The notes under the pieces are model-generated. The model was not told the DNA's origin. It ran no database searches and saw nothing but the letters and a program-made list of their open reading frames with translations. Both the position numbers and the translations under genes were made by a program. A stretch of 64,000 nt of DNA from an uncultured Gemmatimonadota bacterium (lineage in GTDB: Bacteria > Gemmatimonadota > CAZMKB01 > CAZNLH01), in assembly GCA_964573995.1 (NCBI GenBank), contig CAZNLH010000005.1:12465-76464 (forward strand), in the 5' to 3' direction. Position 1 is the stretch's first letter; each line of letters opens with the position of its first letter. Below are positions 9,045 to 20,132 of this stretch, one piece after another.

Positions 9045-12000
9045 TCAACGCCCGCAGCACTTCTTGTACTTCAGTCCGCTCCCGCACGGGCACGGGTCGT
9101 TTCTTCCGATCTTCTCCCCTCTTACAACCGGCTTTTTAGGCCCTCCCTCCTCTGCCGCACCCGCAGTTGCCCTAACTTGCGAACTCCCGGCCCCGATAGC
9201 GGCACCTGCATATGCGGAGATCGGCGAGGCGTGTCGGGCCTCAACGCCGTGTGTTTCTCTGCGTGCAACTCGTTCCTGCGGCATGAACCGGGCACGAAAG
9301 AAGAGGGTTGCCACCTGTTTCTTGATCTCATCCAGGAGGTCGACAAACATCCGATAGGCCTCCTGCTTGTATTCTATCAAGGGGTCTTTCTGGCCATATG
9401 CCATGAAAGAAATCCCGCTCTTCAGGTGATCGATGTCATAGAGGTGTTCCTTCCACCGGTCGTCTATGACTGCCAGCAGGATTCTCTGCAGGATCGGATC
9501 GCGATATTCTTCTTCCCAGGTCTGCAACCTCTCCTCGAAGGCCCTGGCGGCGACTTCCCTGACCATCTCTTTCAGACCTTCGTGCGTCAGTTCGTTCAGG
9601 TCCAGGCCGTCCACTGGAAGATTGATGAGAAAGTTGCTCCTAAGATCAGCAGACAATCCCTTGAGATCCCATTCATCGGGGTAGGCCTTCGGATCGGCGA
9701 ATTGGTCCACCCTCGCCTCAAATGATTCCTCGATCATCTCGAGGACCTGCCCCTTCAGATCCTGACCTTCCAGGGCAAAGAGCCGCTGGTCGTAAATCAC
9801 CTCGCGCTGCTTATTCATGACGTCATCGTACTCGAGGAGGTGCTTGCGAATCTCGAAGTTGTGGGCCTCGACCTTTTTCTGCGCACGCCCTATCGATCGC
9901 GTGACGAGGTGATGGATGATCGGTTCTCCCTCCTCCGCTCCCAACTTATCCATTACTCCGGCAATCCGTTCTGAGCCGAACAGGCGCATGAGATCGTCCT
10001 CAAGTGAAAGGAAAAACCTGCTGGATCCTGGATCACCCTGTCGGGCGCTCCTTCCCCTCAACTGCCGGTCGATGCGCCTCGACTCATGACGCTCGGTACC
10101 TATTATATGGAGGCCGCATGGCATTTCGTTTTCGCAGAAAGACTCGTCTTCACCATCCGGGATATTATCACCCGGGTTTTCCACCTTTATATAGTCTTTC
10201 TCGTGATAGAGGATGCATCCGGAGCAGCGGACGACTCCAGGGCCAAGTTTGATGTCCGTCCCCCTTCCTGCCATGTTCGTGGCAATGGTTACCGATCCCG
10301 GCTGTCCGGCCCGACTGACGATTTCAGCCTCTTTCTGGTGGTGCTTTGCGTTGAGGACATGATGCCGAATTCCCCGTCGTTTGAGCATTCGGCTCAGGGT
10401 CTCGGAGACCTCGACCGACACTGTCCCCACGAGGATCGGGCGACCGCGTTTGTGCTCTCTTTCTATCTCGTTGATAATGGCGTTGTACTTCTCTCTCCTC
10501 GTCTTGTAGATGACGTCATCAAAGTCTATCCGTCGGACTGGACGGTTCGTGGGTATTACTATGACTTCCAGTTTGTATATCTCGTAGAATTCGTTCTCCT
10601 CTGTCTCGGCGGTACCGGTCATGCCTGCCAGTTTATCGTAGAGCCTGAAAAAGTTCTGCAGGGTGATCGTCGCGAGTGTCTGGGTCTCTCCCTCCACTCG
10701 AACGCCTTCCTTGGCCTCGATCGCCTGGTGGAGGCCGTCGCTGTAACGCCGGCCAGGCATGAGCCTCCCCGTGAATTCATCGACGATTACCACCTTCCCG
10801 TCCTGAAGGACATACTCGACGTCTTTTTCAAAGAGGATATAGGCCTTGAGTAGTTGTGAGATAATGTGAATCTTCTCGCTCTTCTCCACATAATCCTCTT
10901 CCAGTGCCACTTTTCTCTTCCGCTTCTCTTCCGCCGAAAGACCTTCATTCGATTCTATCTCGTGGAAACCTTCACCCAGGTCAGGTATGACGAACAAGTC
11001 CTTGTCCCGGGGAGAGAGATGTTCCCTCCCCTTGTCGGAGAGGTTGACATTTCGCCCCTTCTCATCCATGTAAAAATAGAGGTCCTCATCCAATTCGTGG
11101 AGCCGTTTCTCCCTCATAAAATCGGCCTCCACGCGCTGTATGAGTTTTTTCATTCCGGGCTCCTTGAGGATCTTGAGCAACCTCTTGTTCTTGGGCATCC
11201 CCCTTGATGCCTGGAATAATTTGATCCCGGCCTCGTACTCCTTTCCCGCCTCGAGATCTTCCTCCGCCATGGCAAGCAACTTGCTTACAAGTTGCTTCTG
11301 GGCCCTGCTCAGGCTGTCAACCAATGGCTTGAGTTCAGAATAGCGTTTCGTACCCGACTCCCCCACCGGGCCAGAAATAATCAAGGGCGTCCTCGCTTCG
11401 TCGATCAGGACGCTGTCCACCTCGTCGACAATCGCATAGTGATGCCCCCGCTGCACCCTGTCCTCGAGCCTCAGGGCCATGTTATCCCTGAGGTAGTCGA
11501 ATCCGAACTCGTTATTGGTGCCGTAGGTAATGTCGCAGTTATAGGCCTCACGCCTCTCGGGAGGGCTCATGTCATGTTGAATGCAGCCTATTGTGAGGCC
11601 GAGAAACTCGTAAATTGCCCCCATCCACTGGCTGTCTCGTTTGGCCAGGTAATCGTTTACGGTAACAAGGTGGGCGCCCTTTCCCTCCAGGGCATTCAGG
11701 TAGAGCGGCATCGTGGCGACAAGCGTCTTCCCCTCACCCGTGGCCATCTCGGTGATCTTTCCCTGGTGGAGAACGATGCCCCCGATGAGTTGGACATCGA
11801 AGGGGACCATATCCCACTCGATCTCCTGGTCGGTAACCTCGATCTTCTTTCCCAGGAGGCGGCGGCACGCATCCTTTACCGCGGCATACGCCTCTGGGAG
11901 GATATCATCAAGCGTCTCACCATCGCGGATACGGGATCTGAACTCATCGGTCTTGCCGCGTAATTCCTCATCACTCAGCCCGCTGTATCCCTCGAAACAA

Positions 12001-12110
12001 CGATTGATCTCTTCCACGATGGGCCGCAGTTTCTTGATCTCCCGCCCGTGCTTTGTACCCAAGATCTTTCTGGCTATGGTCTTCAACATACTCGGGTCCT
12101 CAAAGTACAA
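9045..12110 (-). CDS. secA: preprotein translocase ATPase SecA
   Basis: 1021 aa. SecA N-terminus [11 protein letters not shown] (real start probably the second Met at ~12089). DEAD-like motor motifs. C-terminal zinc finger [14 protein letters not shown]. Confidence 0.9.
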   Translation of the reverse strand: MYFEDPSMLKTIARKILGTKHGREIKKLRPIVEEINRCFEGYSGLSDEELRGKTDEFRSRIRDGETLDDILPEAYAAVKDACRRLLGKKIEVTDQEIEWDMVPFDVQLIGGIVLHQGKITEMATGEGKTLVATMPLYLNALEGKGAHLVTVNDYLAKRDSQWMGAIYEFLGLTIGCIQHDMSPPERREAYNCDITYGTNNEFGFDYLRDNMALRLEDRVQRGHHYAIVDEVDSVLIDEARTPLIISGPVGESGTKRYSELKPLVDSLSRAQKQLVSKLLAMAEEDLEAGKEYEAGIKLFQASRGMPKNKRLLKILKEPGMKKLIQRVEADFMREKRLHELDEDLYFYMDEKGRNVNLSDKGREHLSPRDKDLFVIPDLGEGFHEIESNEGLSAEEKRKRKVALEEDYVEKSEKIHIISQLLKAYILFEKDVEYVLQDGKVVIVDEFTGRLMPGRRYSDGLHQAIEAKEGVRVEGETQTLATITLQNFFRLYDKLAGMTGTAETEENEFYEIYKLEVIVIPTNRPVRRIDFDDVIYKTRREKYNAIINEIEREHKRGRPILVGTVSVEVSETLSRMLKRRGIRHHVLNAKHHQKEAEIVSRAGQPGSVTIATNMAGRGTDIKLGPGVVRCSGCILYHEKDYIKVENPGDNIPDGEDESFCENEMPCGLHIIGTERHESRRIDRQLRGRSARQGDPGSSRFFLSLEDDLMRLFGSERIAGVMDKLGAEEGEPIIHHLVTRSIGRAQKKVEAHNFEIRKHLLEYDDVMNKQREVIYDQRLFALEGQDLKGQVLEMIEESFEARVDQFADPKAYPDEWDLKGLSADLRSNFLINLPVDGLDLNELTHEGLKEMVREVAARAFEERLQTWEEEYRDPILQRILLAVIDDRWKEHLYDIDHLKSGISFMAYGQKDPLIEYKQEAYRMFVDLLDEIKKQVATLFFRARFMPQERVARRETHGVEARHASPISAYAGAAIGAGSSQVRATAGAAEEGGPKKPVVRGEKIGRNDPCPCGSGLKYKKCCGR

Positions 12111-12147
12111 CCCCCAAGGTCCGCACGTACAAACTACCTATCTGAGA

Positions 12148-12735
12148 TTACCGGTAGAGCCGTTTTTCATAAATGTAACGTTCGACATCGGACGGCACAA
12201 GATAGCGAATAGAGCGGCCTTCCCGGACTCTGCGCCTGATTTCACTCGAAGAGAGATCGATCCTGTGGATATTCAGGGTTATCACCGGTCCGGGCAGATC
12301 CATATCGCGAGCAGGGTTTCTGCCCCCCGGACGCCCTATCACCACCATCCGGCAGAGCCCAAAAAGGCGTTCAGGCTCCTTCCAGGCCCAGATCTCCGGA
12401 AGGTTGTCTTCGCCGACGAGAAAGAAAAACTCACTGTTGGGGAAATTACACTTAAGGTCCTCTACCGTATCGACGGAAAACGACGGCCCGCTGCGCCGAA
12501 TCTCTATATCGGAGGCGTAGAAGGAGGGATTATTCTCCACGGCGAGTTTAACCATCGCCAATCGAGTCTCTGCTGGGCTTATCCCCTTGCCGGTCTTATG
12601 GGGTGGAATCGAGGCGGTGACGAAGATCACCCGATCCAGCGTGAGGGCCTCCATTGTATCCTGGGCTGCCAATAGATGGCCGACGTGGATGGGATCAAAG
12701 GTGCCGCCCAGGATCCCGATGTTTTCTCCATCCAC
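12148..12735 (-). CDS. nadD: nicotinate-nucleotide adenylyltransferase
   Basis: 195 aa. GILGGTFDPIHVGHL (H/TxGH nucleotidyltransferase motif), size and layout of NadD. Confidence 0.8.
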   Translation of the reverse strand: MDGENIGILGGTFDPIHVGHLLAAQDTMEALTLDRVIFVTASIPPHKTGKGISPAETRLAMVKLAVENNPSFYASDIEIRRSGPSFSVDTVEDLKCNFPNSEFFFLVGEDNLPEIWAWKEPERLFGLCRMVVIGRPGGRNPARDMDLPGPVITLNIHRIDLSSSEIRRRVREGRSIRYLVPSDVERYIYEKRLYR

Positions 12736-12747
12736 GAGGCACTCCCC

Positions 12748-13533
12748 TTACTTCACCGATGCCCGCTCCCCACTCACCAGGGATGGGAACTCCTGCATGA
12801 TCTTCTTCGCCTCATCGGATTCAGGGAACGATTCGATGAGTTCTCTTCTCGTCTTGTCGGCGTCTTCGTTCAACTCGAGTTTTTCATACGCCTTGGACAG
12901 ATAGTAGAGAGTGGGCGGCAACCATGGATTATCCGGGTATTCCTGCCTAAGCGTCTCAAATTGGATTATCGCCGAGTCATAATAATGACGCTTATAATAA
13001 AAATGGCCGTTTTCATATTCCTTGTGGGCCAGTTTTGCCTGCAATGCGGAGATTCGCACCCGCGCGGAGTCCGAAAACTCACTACGGGGAAATCGCTCTA
13101 TCAGTGAGTTGAACGTATCGACGGCTCGCCTGGTGTCGGTCTGATCCAATTCATAATCCAGGGAGAGTCTTGAATAACAGATCCCCAATTTATAAAGGGA
13201 TTGCATCGCCAACGGTTCGTCGGGAAATTCGGAAGATACGCGCTTGAACTCGTTGGCAGCCATTAGATAATCTTTATCCCTGAAGTACGAATCGGCAAGG
13301 TAGAACATGGCCTTGTCGATGAGTTCATCCCCCGGATAATTGAAGATCACACGCTGGAACCATCGGCCCGCTTCCTTATAATCCCCCTTCTGATAACTCT
13401 CCATTGCATGGTCGTAAGCCATGTCAGCACTCTCGGCCACGAACGTCTTCCCTCCTCCACATCCAAGGCCGGAAATGCCGACGATTATGATGACGCAGTA
13501 AAATCCAAGCGATTTGTGGTTGTACACCTTCAT
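12748..13533 (-). CDS. bamD: outer membrane protein assembly factor BamD (TPR lipoprotein)
   Basis: 261 aa. Lipobox ..ISGLGCGGG. TPR architecture and C-terminal region collinear with E. coli BamD (..RFPRSEFSDSARVRISALQAKLAHKEYENGHFYYKRHYYDSAIIQFETLRQEYPD vs BamD ..[32 protein letters not shown]..). Confidence 0.7.
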   Translation of the reverse strand: MKVYNHKSLGFYCVIIIVGISGLGCGGGKTFVAESADMAYDHAMESYQKGDYKEAGRWFQRVIFNYPGDELIDKAMFYLADSYFRDKDYLMAANEFKRVSSEFPDEPLAMQSLYKLGICYSRLSLDYELDQTDTRRAVDTFNSLIERFPRSEFSDSARVRISALQAKLAHKEYENGHFYYKRHYYDSAIIQFETLRQEYPDNPWLPPTLYYLSKAYEKLELNEDADKTRRELIESFPESDEAKKIMQEFPSLVSGERASVK

Positions 13534-14444
13534 CGGCCGAACTTTATCTCACGGATCCTTTCCTGCGAGAGCGACACCAGCCGCCCCGTTCGCGATGGGT
13601 TCAAGTTGAGCACCTTATCGTAAGCGACAAGGGCACTGTCTGGGCGATCCAGGGCATGATAAATCTCTCCCTTCAAGAACCAGGCGTCATCTTCAGTTAC
13701 CTGCGGCTGACCACTATCGATAGGGACCTCAACGTATTCCAGGGCCTCCCGCAGGTGACCTTCATCGAATTCTTCCTGAGCGACATGATATGCGCACAGG
13801 CCACGGTGCCATTCAACCGCCTTGATATCCGAACCCCCCGGGAACTTTTTCATGTACTGCTCGAAAAAGACCAGGGCATCCCTGTAATTCTCGAGTTTCT
13901 CGTTGGACAGGGCCAAGCGGTAGGTTGCGGAATCTGCCTTTTCGTGGGCCGGACGGTAACTCAACGCCCTCATATAATAAGTGGCCGCCTTGCTGAAATC
14001 AGCGTGCTCGTAGTAATAATCAGCCAGGTAATAGTAGTATTCTCCTATATTATAGGTGGAATCCACCTCGAAGAGGGATTCAAAGGCACCGGCCATCTGG
14101 ACATCATCCCCGCTTTCATAGAAGTTCACCCCCAACCTGAAGAAATCGAGGGCAACGTGGTTCGATTCCTCCGGGGATAGTCTCAGGAGGGAAAAGTACA
14201 CCTCTCTCATGCCCTTGAGATCCTTCCTCAGCAGGGCCGTTCTGCCCATCTTGAGCAGTATGCCGTTGTCCTCCCCTCTCTGCCTCAAGGCTATAGAGTA
14301 TTCCGCCCAGGCATCCTCGTACCGTCCTGCACGGAAGTAATTGTCCCCCTTCCGTTCATGCGCGTTTCCCCAGATCATGCAACCGGAGCCGAGGAGGAGG
14401 GCCACCACGCAAGTTTCCACGCCAATCTTCTTTATTCTCATCAA
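13530..14444 (-). CDS. TPR-repeat lipoprotein
   Basis: 304 aa. Signal peptide with lipobox (LLGSGC). Repeated TPR-like helices (YFRAGRYEDAWAEY.., YYMRALSYRP..). 4-nt overlap with bamD. Confidence 0.55.
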   Translation of the reverse strand: MMRIKKIGVETCVVALLLGSGCMIWGNAHERKGDNYFRAGRYEDAWAEYSIALRQRGEDNGILLKMGRTALLRKDLKGMREVYFSLLRLSPEESNHVALDFFRLGVNFYESGDDVQMAGAFESLFEVDSTYNIGEYYYYLADYYYEHADFSKAATYYMRALSYRPAHEKADSATYRLALSNEKLENYRDALVFFEQYMKKFPGGSDIKAVEWHRGLCAYHVAQEEFDEGHLREALEYVEVPIDSGQPQVTEDDAWFLKGEIYHALDRPDSALVAYDKVLNLNPSRTGRLVSLSQERIREIKFGR

Positions 14445-14813
14445 TCTAATTATACCCGATTGCTATATTGTGTTCCTTTGGCTCCACGGTGCCGTTCGTG
14501 AACTCATCCCGGCAACTCCGTCGGTAAATAACGCCTCGCGTCTGTAAACATAGTCAACTGTATCCAGATGTCCTCCGCTCGATACCGTGGTGGCTCAACG
14601 CTCGTTGCTGCCCGTGACAGATTGATCAAACATGCGGGGACTATAGGGGATAAGACAGACCTCAACCCACGACCTGGATAAAGGAGCCCTCTGATCGCGG
14701 TGCTAACAGGATAAATCACCAAAAGTTGAAGTCACATCGGGAATTAGTCGGAGTCATCATGGTCGGCGGTCTTTACAGGCCATGGCAGCCGTAGCCGTCT
14801 CCAATAAAACCTA

Positions 14814-15614
14814 TCAAAGGAGGCCCTCTCCCTCACGAACTGCCTCTACCGGGTCATCCGAAGGCGTTGAAGCACCACCGGCATCCTTTGCGGTACCATC
14901 GCCCTTATGGCTGTAAGCCCATACAAGCCCGTCAGCCCTCTCGTCGAGTTCCGCCTGCGCCCATTCTTCACTGGCAAGGTCGACTTTCCCTTGCAATCTG
15001 TACAGGTACCCAAGATCCGCTCGCGCCTCCGCAAAAAAAGGGTTCCGCCGGAGCGCCCGCTTGAGTTCCCGCTCGGCGTCCTTCAAGAGGTTCATTCGGA
15101 TGTATTCTCTTGCCATCTTTCTTCGAATGTCAGGATAATCCCCACCAATCCGAATCGCCTTCTCATACTCTCTGACTGCCTCCAGCGAGAGATCCAGTTC
15201 GACATACATATCAGCAAGCCTGAGGTGTCCTTCGACGAGGCGATTCCTGGCCTTTGGAGACAAGTTGTTAGATCGATCACCGCAGTCGAGCGTGTCCTTC
15301 AGCAAGCCGATCGCCTCGGCCGTTTCGCCAAGGTCGAACAAGACCAGCCCCAGGCCAATTCTCGACGTCAGGAGGTTTGGATTGGCCTGCAACGCCTTTC
15401 TAAAATAGTTGATCGCCTGCCGGGACCTGCCCGCCATCATATCGGCCCTTCCGATTCCCTCCAGGAGGTCGGGAGACACGCATCCTTCTTTCTCCAGTGC
15501 GTTGAATATCCGGAGGGCACGGCTAAAATCCCCTTCTTCCAAGGCGCGCATACCCTGCTTGATTCGAATGTCAAACATAGGATTCACCTTCCACGCCCTC
15601 CTCCGCGCGCTCAT
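14814..15614 (-). CDS. TPR-repeat protein
   Basis: 266 aa. Consecutive TPR motifs (ALRIFNALEK.., AINYFRKALQANP.., AIGLLKDTLD.., ELKRALRRNPFFAEARADLGYLY). Confidence 0.55.
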   Translation of the reverse strand: MSARRRAWKVNPMFDIRIKQGMRALEEGDFSRALRIFNALEKEGCVSPDLLEGIGRADMMAGRSRQAINYFRKALQANPNLLTSRIGLGLVLFDLGETAEAIGLLKDTLDCGDRSNNLSPKARNRLVEGHLRLADMYVELDLSLEAVREYEKAIRIGGDYPDIRRKMAREYIRMNLLKDAERELKRALRRNPFFAEARADLGYLYRLQGKVDLASEEWAQAELDERADGLVWAYSHKGDGTAKDAGGASTPSDDPVEAVREGEGLL

Positions 15615-15707
15615 CCTGCATCGAGGACCCGTGACACGTTATATAGACAAGTTTCGGTTGAAAAGTAACATCCCGCGTATTCCATGTCAACGAACTATTA
15701 CTGCCGC

Positions 15708-17168
15708 TTACAGGTTTCGGCCTCTGAGCACAACGGGGATAGTATCGAGGATGATCCGCAAATCAAGCCAGATCGACCACTCATTGATGTAGAGGATATC
15801 GAGCATGATCATCTCTTCAAACGAGAGCCTGCTCTTTCCACTGACCTGCCACAGGCCGGTAAGTCCCGGCTTCACGAGCAGCCGTTTCTTGTGGAAATCA
15901 TTGTATTGTGCATACTCGAAGACTATAGGCGGCCTTGGCCCGACGAGCGATAAGTCTCCCCTCAAGACATTGATTAGTTGAGGGAGTTCATCGAGGCTGT
16001 ACTTTCGCAGGATCCTGCCAACCCGTGTAATTCGATCGTCATCCACCAGTTTGTACAGTCCATTCACCTCATCGGCCGGCTCGTTCGAATTCACCAGCCT
16101 CTTGAGATAGGCCTTGTGCGGCGAGTCGTCTGCGTCCCTCCTCATCGACCTGAACTTATAGATAACAAGAGGGCGACCGTTGAACCCAAGGACCTTCTGC
16201 TTGTAAAACACCGACCCCTCACTATCCAGTTTCACCGCCAGTGCAATAAGCACCATGACTGGGGAGAAGAGGAGGATCAACGGTACTGTAAGCGCGAGTT
16301 CCAAGGCCCGCTTGGCCAGGATCTGCCTGGGCCTCAAGGCAGGGACTCGAAGGCGCATTATCGGAATGGATCCGACGTTCTCGAATTTCACCTCGCTTGC
16401 CACCAGGTCATACATCTCTGGAACCACCTTGACGGTTACACCCAGGTCACAGGCGATATCCAACAGCCTAGAGATCACCTTGCGCTCCGAGGGGATTGTG
16501 ACATATACCTCGCGTATACCGTGCAACCGTACAACCGGCTCGAAGTCGCTGATTCTTCCAAGGAGGCCCGCAGGTCCATTGTCATCGACACCATACCTGT
16601 CATCGAGATAACCGACGACATCGACACCGAGCCAGTCCTTTCTCGCCATGATCATCTCCAGGTAGCGCCCGAGCCGACCCGCACCGATGATCAGGGCGGG
16701 GGTCCGGCGATAGCCCGCCGATACAAGGCGCTCAAAGTATTTCCGCTTGAAATAGCGCCAGGTAAAGAGACCCGCGCACATAAAGGAGGCCTCATACACA
16801 ACGAAGTGACGGGAAATGTCGGCACGCCATACCAGAAAATCCAGCGCGATTGCGAAGAGCATTGAAAACCAGACGGACCGGACGACGCCGTGCAGTTCCG
16901 TGGAATATCTCACTCCACGCCTTGTCTCGTAAAGTCCCTGGACACATAGAAGATAGACCAGGACCGGCACCATGGTCGCCGTGAAGACCATGCAGGATGC
17001 AAGGGCCGTGGAGCCCAAGGGTCCCACATTCTGAGGATAATTCGAGCGGGAAAAGAATGGAACCCAATTGCCCGATGCAAGGTGGTCGCTTGCCAGGAAT
17101 GACATGAAGATTATCGATAGATCAAGTATCAGATAACCGGACAAGACTGCCAGCCTTCTCCTTACCAT
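15708..17168 (-). CDS. undecaprenyl-phosphate hexose-1-phosphate transferase (WbaP/EpsL-type initiating sugar transferase)
   Basis: 486 aa. N-terminal multi-TM region. C-terminal bacterial sugar-transferase domain with DELPQLINVLRGDLSLVGPRP and LTGLWQVSG motifs. Confidence 0.8.
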   Translation of the reverse strand: MVRRRLAVLSGYLILDLSIIFMSFLASDHLASGNWVPFFSRSNYPQNVGPLGSTALASCMVFTATMVPVLVYLLCVQGLYETRRGVRYSTELHGVVRSVWFSMLFAIALDFLVWRADISRHFVVYEASFMCAGLFTWRYFKRKYFERLVSAGYRRTPALIIGAGRLGRYLEMIMARKDWLGVDVVGYLDDRYGVDDNGPAGLLGRISDFEPVVRLHGIREVYVTIPSERKVISRLLDIACDLGVTVKVVPEMYDLVASEVKFENVGSIPIMRLRVPALRPRQILAKRALELALTVPLILLFSPVMVLIALAVKLDSEGSVFYKQKVLGFNGRPLVIYKFRSMRRDADDSPHKAYLKRLVNSNEPADEVNGLYKLVDDDRITRVGRILRKYSLDELPQLINVLRGDLSLVGPRPPIVFEYAQYNDFHKKRLLVKPGLTGLWQVSGKSRLSFEEMIMLDILYINEWSIWLDLRIILDTIPVVLRGRNL

Positions 17169-17207
17169 CCCTACAACCCCGGTTTCTCCGCACCATAAAT
17201 CAGGGCC

Positions 17208-18278
17208 TCAATCTCCCACGGCCGTTAACGAATGAATTTCTACCGGTTCACCACCCACTGCAATTGACTGTTCAGCAGCTTCCAGGCAACCTACGACCTT
17301 CATGGAAAATGCGGCACCGCTCAACGGTTCGTGCCCCTCGAGGATAGAATCACGGAAGTGCTCGACCGCCACGCGAAGTGGCTCCCTCTCGTCCCAGGGC
17401 ACACTGGATTTTTTCCCCTCCCGGTATCGTACTATATTGGGCTCCTCCTCTGAAATGCCTGGGAGAAGTTCGACTCCCTTGTCGTAAAGGGAGACCGGAC
17501 ACTCCTCGTTGACGTCATCGTAGACTATCATCCTGTCCGAGCCCACTATGGACATCCTCTTCTGTTGTTCCGGGGCGAGCCAATTCACGTGAAAATGCCC
17601 GATTACTCCATTATCGAACACGATGCTACCCCAAGCCATGATGGGGCGTTGACCTGGACAGTACGCTATGGGACCGGCGCCGGTGGCAACCACCCTTGCC
17701 GGCTCGGCATCGACAAACCACGTCATCATGGCCACATCATGCGGGGCGAGGTCCCAGAGCACCCCAGCGTCGGGATAGAATCCCGTCGACCTCCCCATCG
17801 GCTTCAACTCGCCCAGGTTGACCCGGACGGCATCCATGTAATATATCTCTCCGAGTTCGCCGCGGTCGATGAGCGCCTTGACGGCCGCCGCCTTCCCATT
17901 GTAAAGAAAGGTATCGTCGACCATGAGGACTCTCCCTACCTCCCGCGACAAGAGCATCAATTCCCTCACCTCCGAGATCCTCATGGCCAAGGGTTTCTCC
18001 ACGAAGACGTGCTTGCCTGCAAGGAGCGCCTCCCTTGCCAGTGTATAATGGGTGGATATCGGTGTGGCGATGACCAACGCATCGATCGTAGAATCCTCAA
18101 TTATTGATTTCAAATCCGTGGAGGTGCGGACCTGGGGATAAATACGACGGGTCCCCGATAGCCTCTCTTCCATCGTATCACATACCGCGGCGAGGTTCAA
18201 TCGCTCGTCTGCATCGAAGTTTCGAATGAGTTTGGGACCCCAGTAACCACACCCAATTACTGCCACATCGATTGACAT
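17208..18278 (-). CDS. Gfo/Idh/MocA-family UDP-sugar 3-dehydrogenase (WbpB/GnnA-like)
   Basis: 356 aa. Rossmann N-terminus IDVAVIGCGYWGPKLIRNF. Gfo/Idh/MocA fold. Immediately upstream of DegT aminotransferase and hexapeptide acetyltransferase. Confidence 0.7.
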   Translation of the reverse strand: MSIDVAVIGCGYWGPKLIRNFDADERLNLAAVCDTMEERLSGTRRIYPQVRTSTDLKSIIEDSTIDALVIATPISTHYTLAREALLAGKHVFVEKPLAMRISEVRELMLLSREVGRVLMVDDTFLYNGKAAAVKALIDRGELGEIYYMDAVRVNLGELKPMGRSTGFYPDAGVLWDLAPHDVAMMTWFVDAEPARVVATGAGPIAYCPGQRPIMAWGSIVFDNGVIGHFHVNWLAPEQQKRMSIVGSDRMIVYDDVNEECPVSLYDKGVELLPGISEEEPNIVRYREGKKSSVPWDEREPLRVAVEHFRDSILEGHEPLSGAAFSMKVVGCLEAAEQSIAVGGEPVEIHSLTAVGD

Positions 18279-18334
18279 ATCTTACTCCTTTCCTATCAGA
18301 CAATAGGACTATTTCAACTCCTCTATCCCATGAA

Positions 18335-19450
18335 TCACACCGATGCCATATACTCCCGAACAGCGCCAACAATATACCTTACCTGCGACTCGCTAATCTC
18401 CGGGTAGAGAGGAAGCGAGATGATCTTCTTCATCACTCCTTCAGAAACGGGGAACTCCCCCTCGCGGTATCCAAGATGCTGAAACGCTCGTGTCAGGTGG
18501 ATAGGAACGGGGTAGTGTATTCCGGTCGCAATCCCCCGGGAGGCGAGGTGGGAACGAAGGTTGTCCCTCGAACCGATCTCGACCCGCACCACGTAAAGGT
18601 GATATACCGGTACGGTTCCCTTGAGGGGAGAGACCGGCACAATCCCATGGACGTCTCTCAGGAGGGTCGTGTACAATCCGGCCATCATCCTCCTGGAGGC
18701 GTTCCAATCATCGATGTAGCGCAGTTTCACGCCCAGGACCGCCGCCTGGATGCCGTCAAGCCGTTCGTTCCAGCCGACCACCAGATGGCCATCATTCTTA
18801 GTACGTCCGTGGTTTGCGAACATCCTTGCTCGTTCCGCAACCTCTTCGCTGTCGGTGACTATCGCACCGGCGTCGCCGTATGCCCCGAGATTCTTGCCGG
18901 GATAGAAACTGAAACACCCGATGTCCCCGATCGAACCCGCCTTACGGTCTCCGTACAGCGCACCATGCGCCTGGGCCGCATCTTCAACCACGATGAGGCC
19001 GGACGACCGTGCCACCTCGCAGATCCCCTCCATGTCGGCCATGTTACCGTACAGGTGAACCGGTATTACGGCACGTGTCCTCTCCGTGACCGACTCGCGC
19101 AGTCTCTCCACATCCATGTTCAAAGTGCCTGGATCCACATCGACAAGGACGACCCGGGCGCCTGCTGATGCGATCGCCTCGGCGGTGGCTACGAATGTAT
19201 TGGGGACTGTTATGACTTCGTCACCCTCGCCAATCCCGGCGGAGAGCAAGGCGAGGTGCAGTGCGGCGGTCCCGGAGTTTACGCCCACCGCGTGGCCTAC
19301 ATCGCAATACGCAGCAAAGGCATCCTCGAAATCGGCGACCCTTTGCCCGAGGATGAACTCCGCTCCCTCCACCACCCCCATTATGGCCTCGTTGATCTCC
19401 TCCTGGATGTTCTGGTACTGCGCCCTCAGGTCAACCATAGGTATCTTCAT
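18335..19450 (-). CDS. DegT/DnrJ/EryC1/StrS PLP-dependent sugar aminotransferase (WbpE/GnnB-like)
   Basis: 371 aa. N-terminus MKIPMVDLRAQYQNIQEEINEAI. Family-typical layout. Size matches. Confidence 0.85.
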   Translation of the reverse strand: MKIPMVDLRAQYQNIQEEINEAIMGVVEGAEFILGQRVADFEDAFAAYCDVGHAVGVNSGTAALHLALLSAGIGEGDEVITVPNTFVATAEAIASAGARVVLVDVDPGTLNMDVERLRESVTERTRAVIPVHLYGNMADMEGICEVARSSGLIVVEDAAQAHGALYGDRKAGSIGDIGCFSFYPGKNLGAYGDAGAIVTDSEEVAERARMFANHGRTKNDGHLVVGWNERLDGIQAAVLGVKLRYIDDWNASRRMMAGLYTTLLRDVHGIVPVSPLKGTVPVYHLYVVRVEIGSRDNLRSHLASRGIATGIHYPVPIHLTRAFQHLGYREGEFPVSEGVMKKIISLPLYPEISESQVRYIVGAVREYMASV

Positions 19451-20088
19451 CTTCTGACCCCTTGAATGTACGGTCTCTCTACAATCCCGAACGGACAGGC
19501 CAACTCATCGATCCACTTTATAATCACGGCCGGATTGCCAGCCATGACCGCCCCCTCCGGCACATCGGAAACGATGACCGATCCCGCGCCGACGAGCGCA
19601 TTCTCTCCTATCGTCAAGTTGGGAAGTACGGTCACGTTGGCCCCTATCTTGGCTCCTCTACGTACCGTCGCCCCCTTCATGCACTCTGAGGAGGATGGGC
19701 AAAGGGGATGCGGGTCGTTCGTGAATATGACGCTCGGCCCTATCCAGCAACCGTCCTCGAGCGTCGTAAACTCCGGGACAAAGGCCCGGCTGTGTATCCG
19801 CACCCCGTTTCCGATCGTTACGTGGTGAGCGATCTCCGACCCTGAGCCGATACTGACATGATCTCCTATATCGTTGCACTCCCTAATCAGTACGCCGTGC
19901 CCGGTCTGAAAGCCTCCCCCGATACGGTTCCCGGAATAGATTACCGTGTGAGAGCGGATTATCGCTCCTTCACCGATCAACGTCTCCATCTCATCGGGCG
20001 ACCCACAGGGGTGCTGTCCTATGATGACGTAGTCCTGAATCCGGGACCCGGGCCCCATCTTGACGTTCTCGCAGATCGTATAAGCCAT
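19447..20088 (-). CDS. hexapeptide-repeat sugar N-acetyltransferase (WbpD-like)
   Basis: 213 aa. Repeated [LIV]-G-x4 hexapeptides (left-handed beta-helix). 4-nt overlap with the aminotransferase gene. Confidence 0.75.
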   Translation of the reverse strand: MAYTICENVKMGPGSRIQDYVIIGQHPCGSPDEMETLIGEGAIIRSHTVIYSGNRIGGGFQTGHGVLIRECNDIGDHVSIGSGSEIAHHVTIGNGVRIHSRAFVPEFTTLEDGCWIGPSVIFTNDPHPLCPSSSECMKGATVRRGAKIGANVTVLPNLTIGENALVGAGSVIVSDVPEGAVMAGNPAVIIKWIDELACPFGIVERPYIQGVRR

Positions 20089-20132
20089 CTTACTCCTTCC
20101 TCTCTACTCACTCATGTTACTCCCTGTGCCTC

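Noticed and set aside
10086-10853. 255-aa plus-strand ORF (and others at 11292-11963 and 11713-12675) inside secA
   Set aside because: Antisense shadow ORFs of a confidently identified, full-length SecA gene in high-GC DNA.
14445-14813. 369-bp intergenic region between TPR genes, checked for tRNA/ncRNA
   Set aside because: No tRNA-like acceptor or T-loop (GTTCGA/TCGAAC) signatures on either strand. No recognisable motif. Left unannotated.
17565-19168. 180-aa and 298-aa plus-strand ORFs overlapping the WbpB-like and DegT genes
   Set aside because: Opposite-strand shadows of genes with clear family motifs. High GC produces long spurious ORFs.
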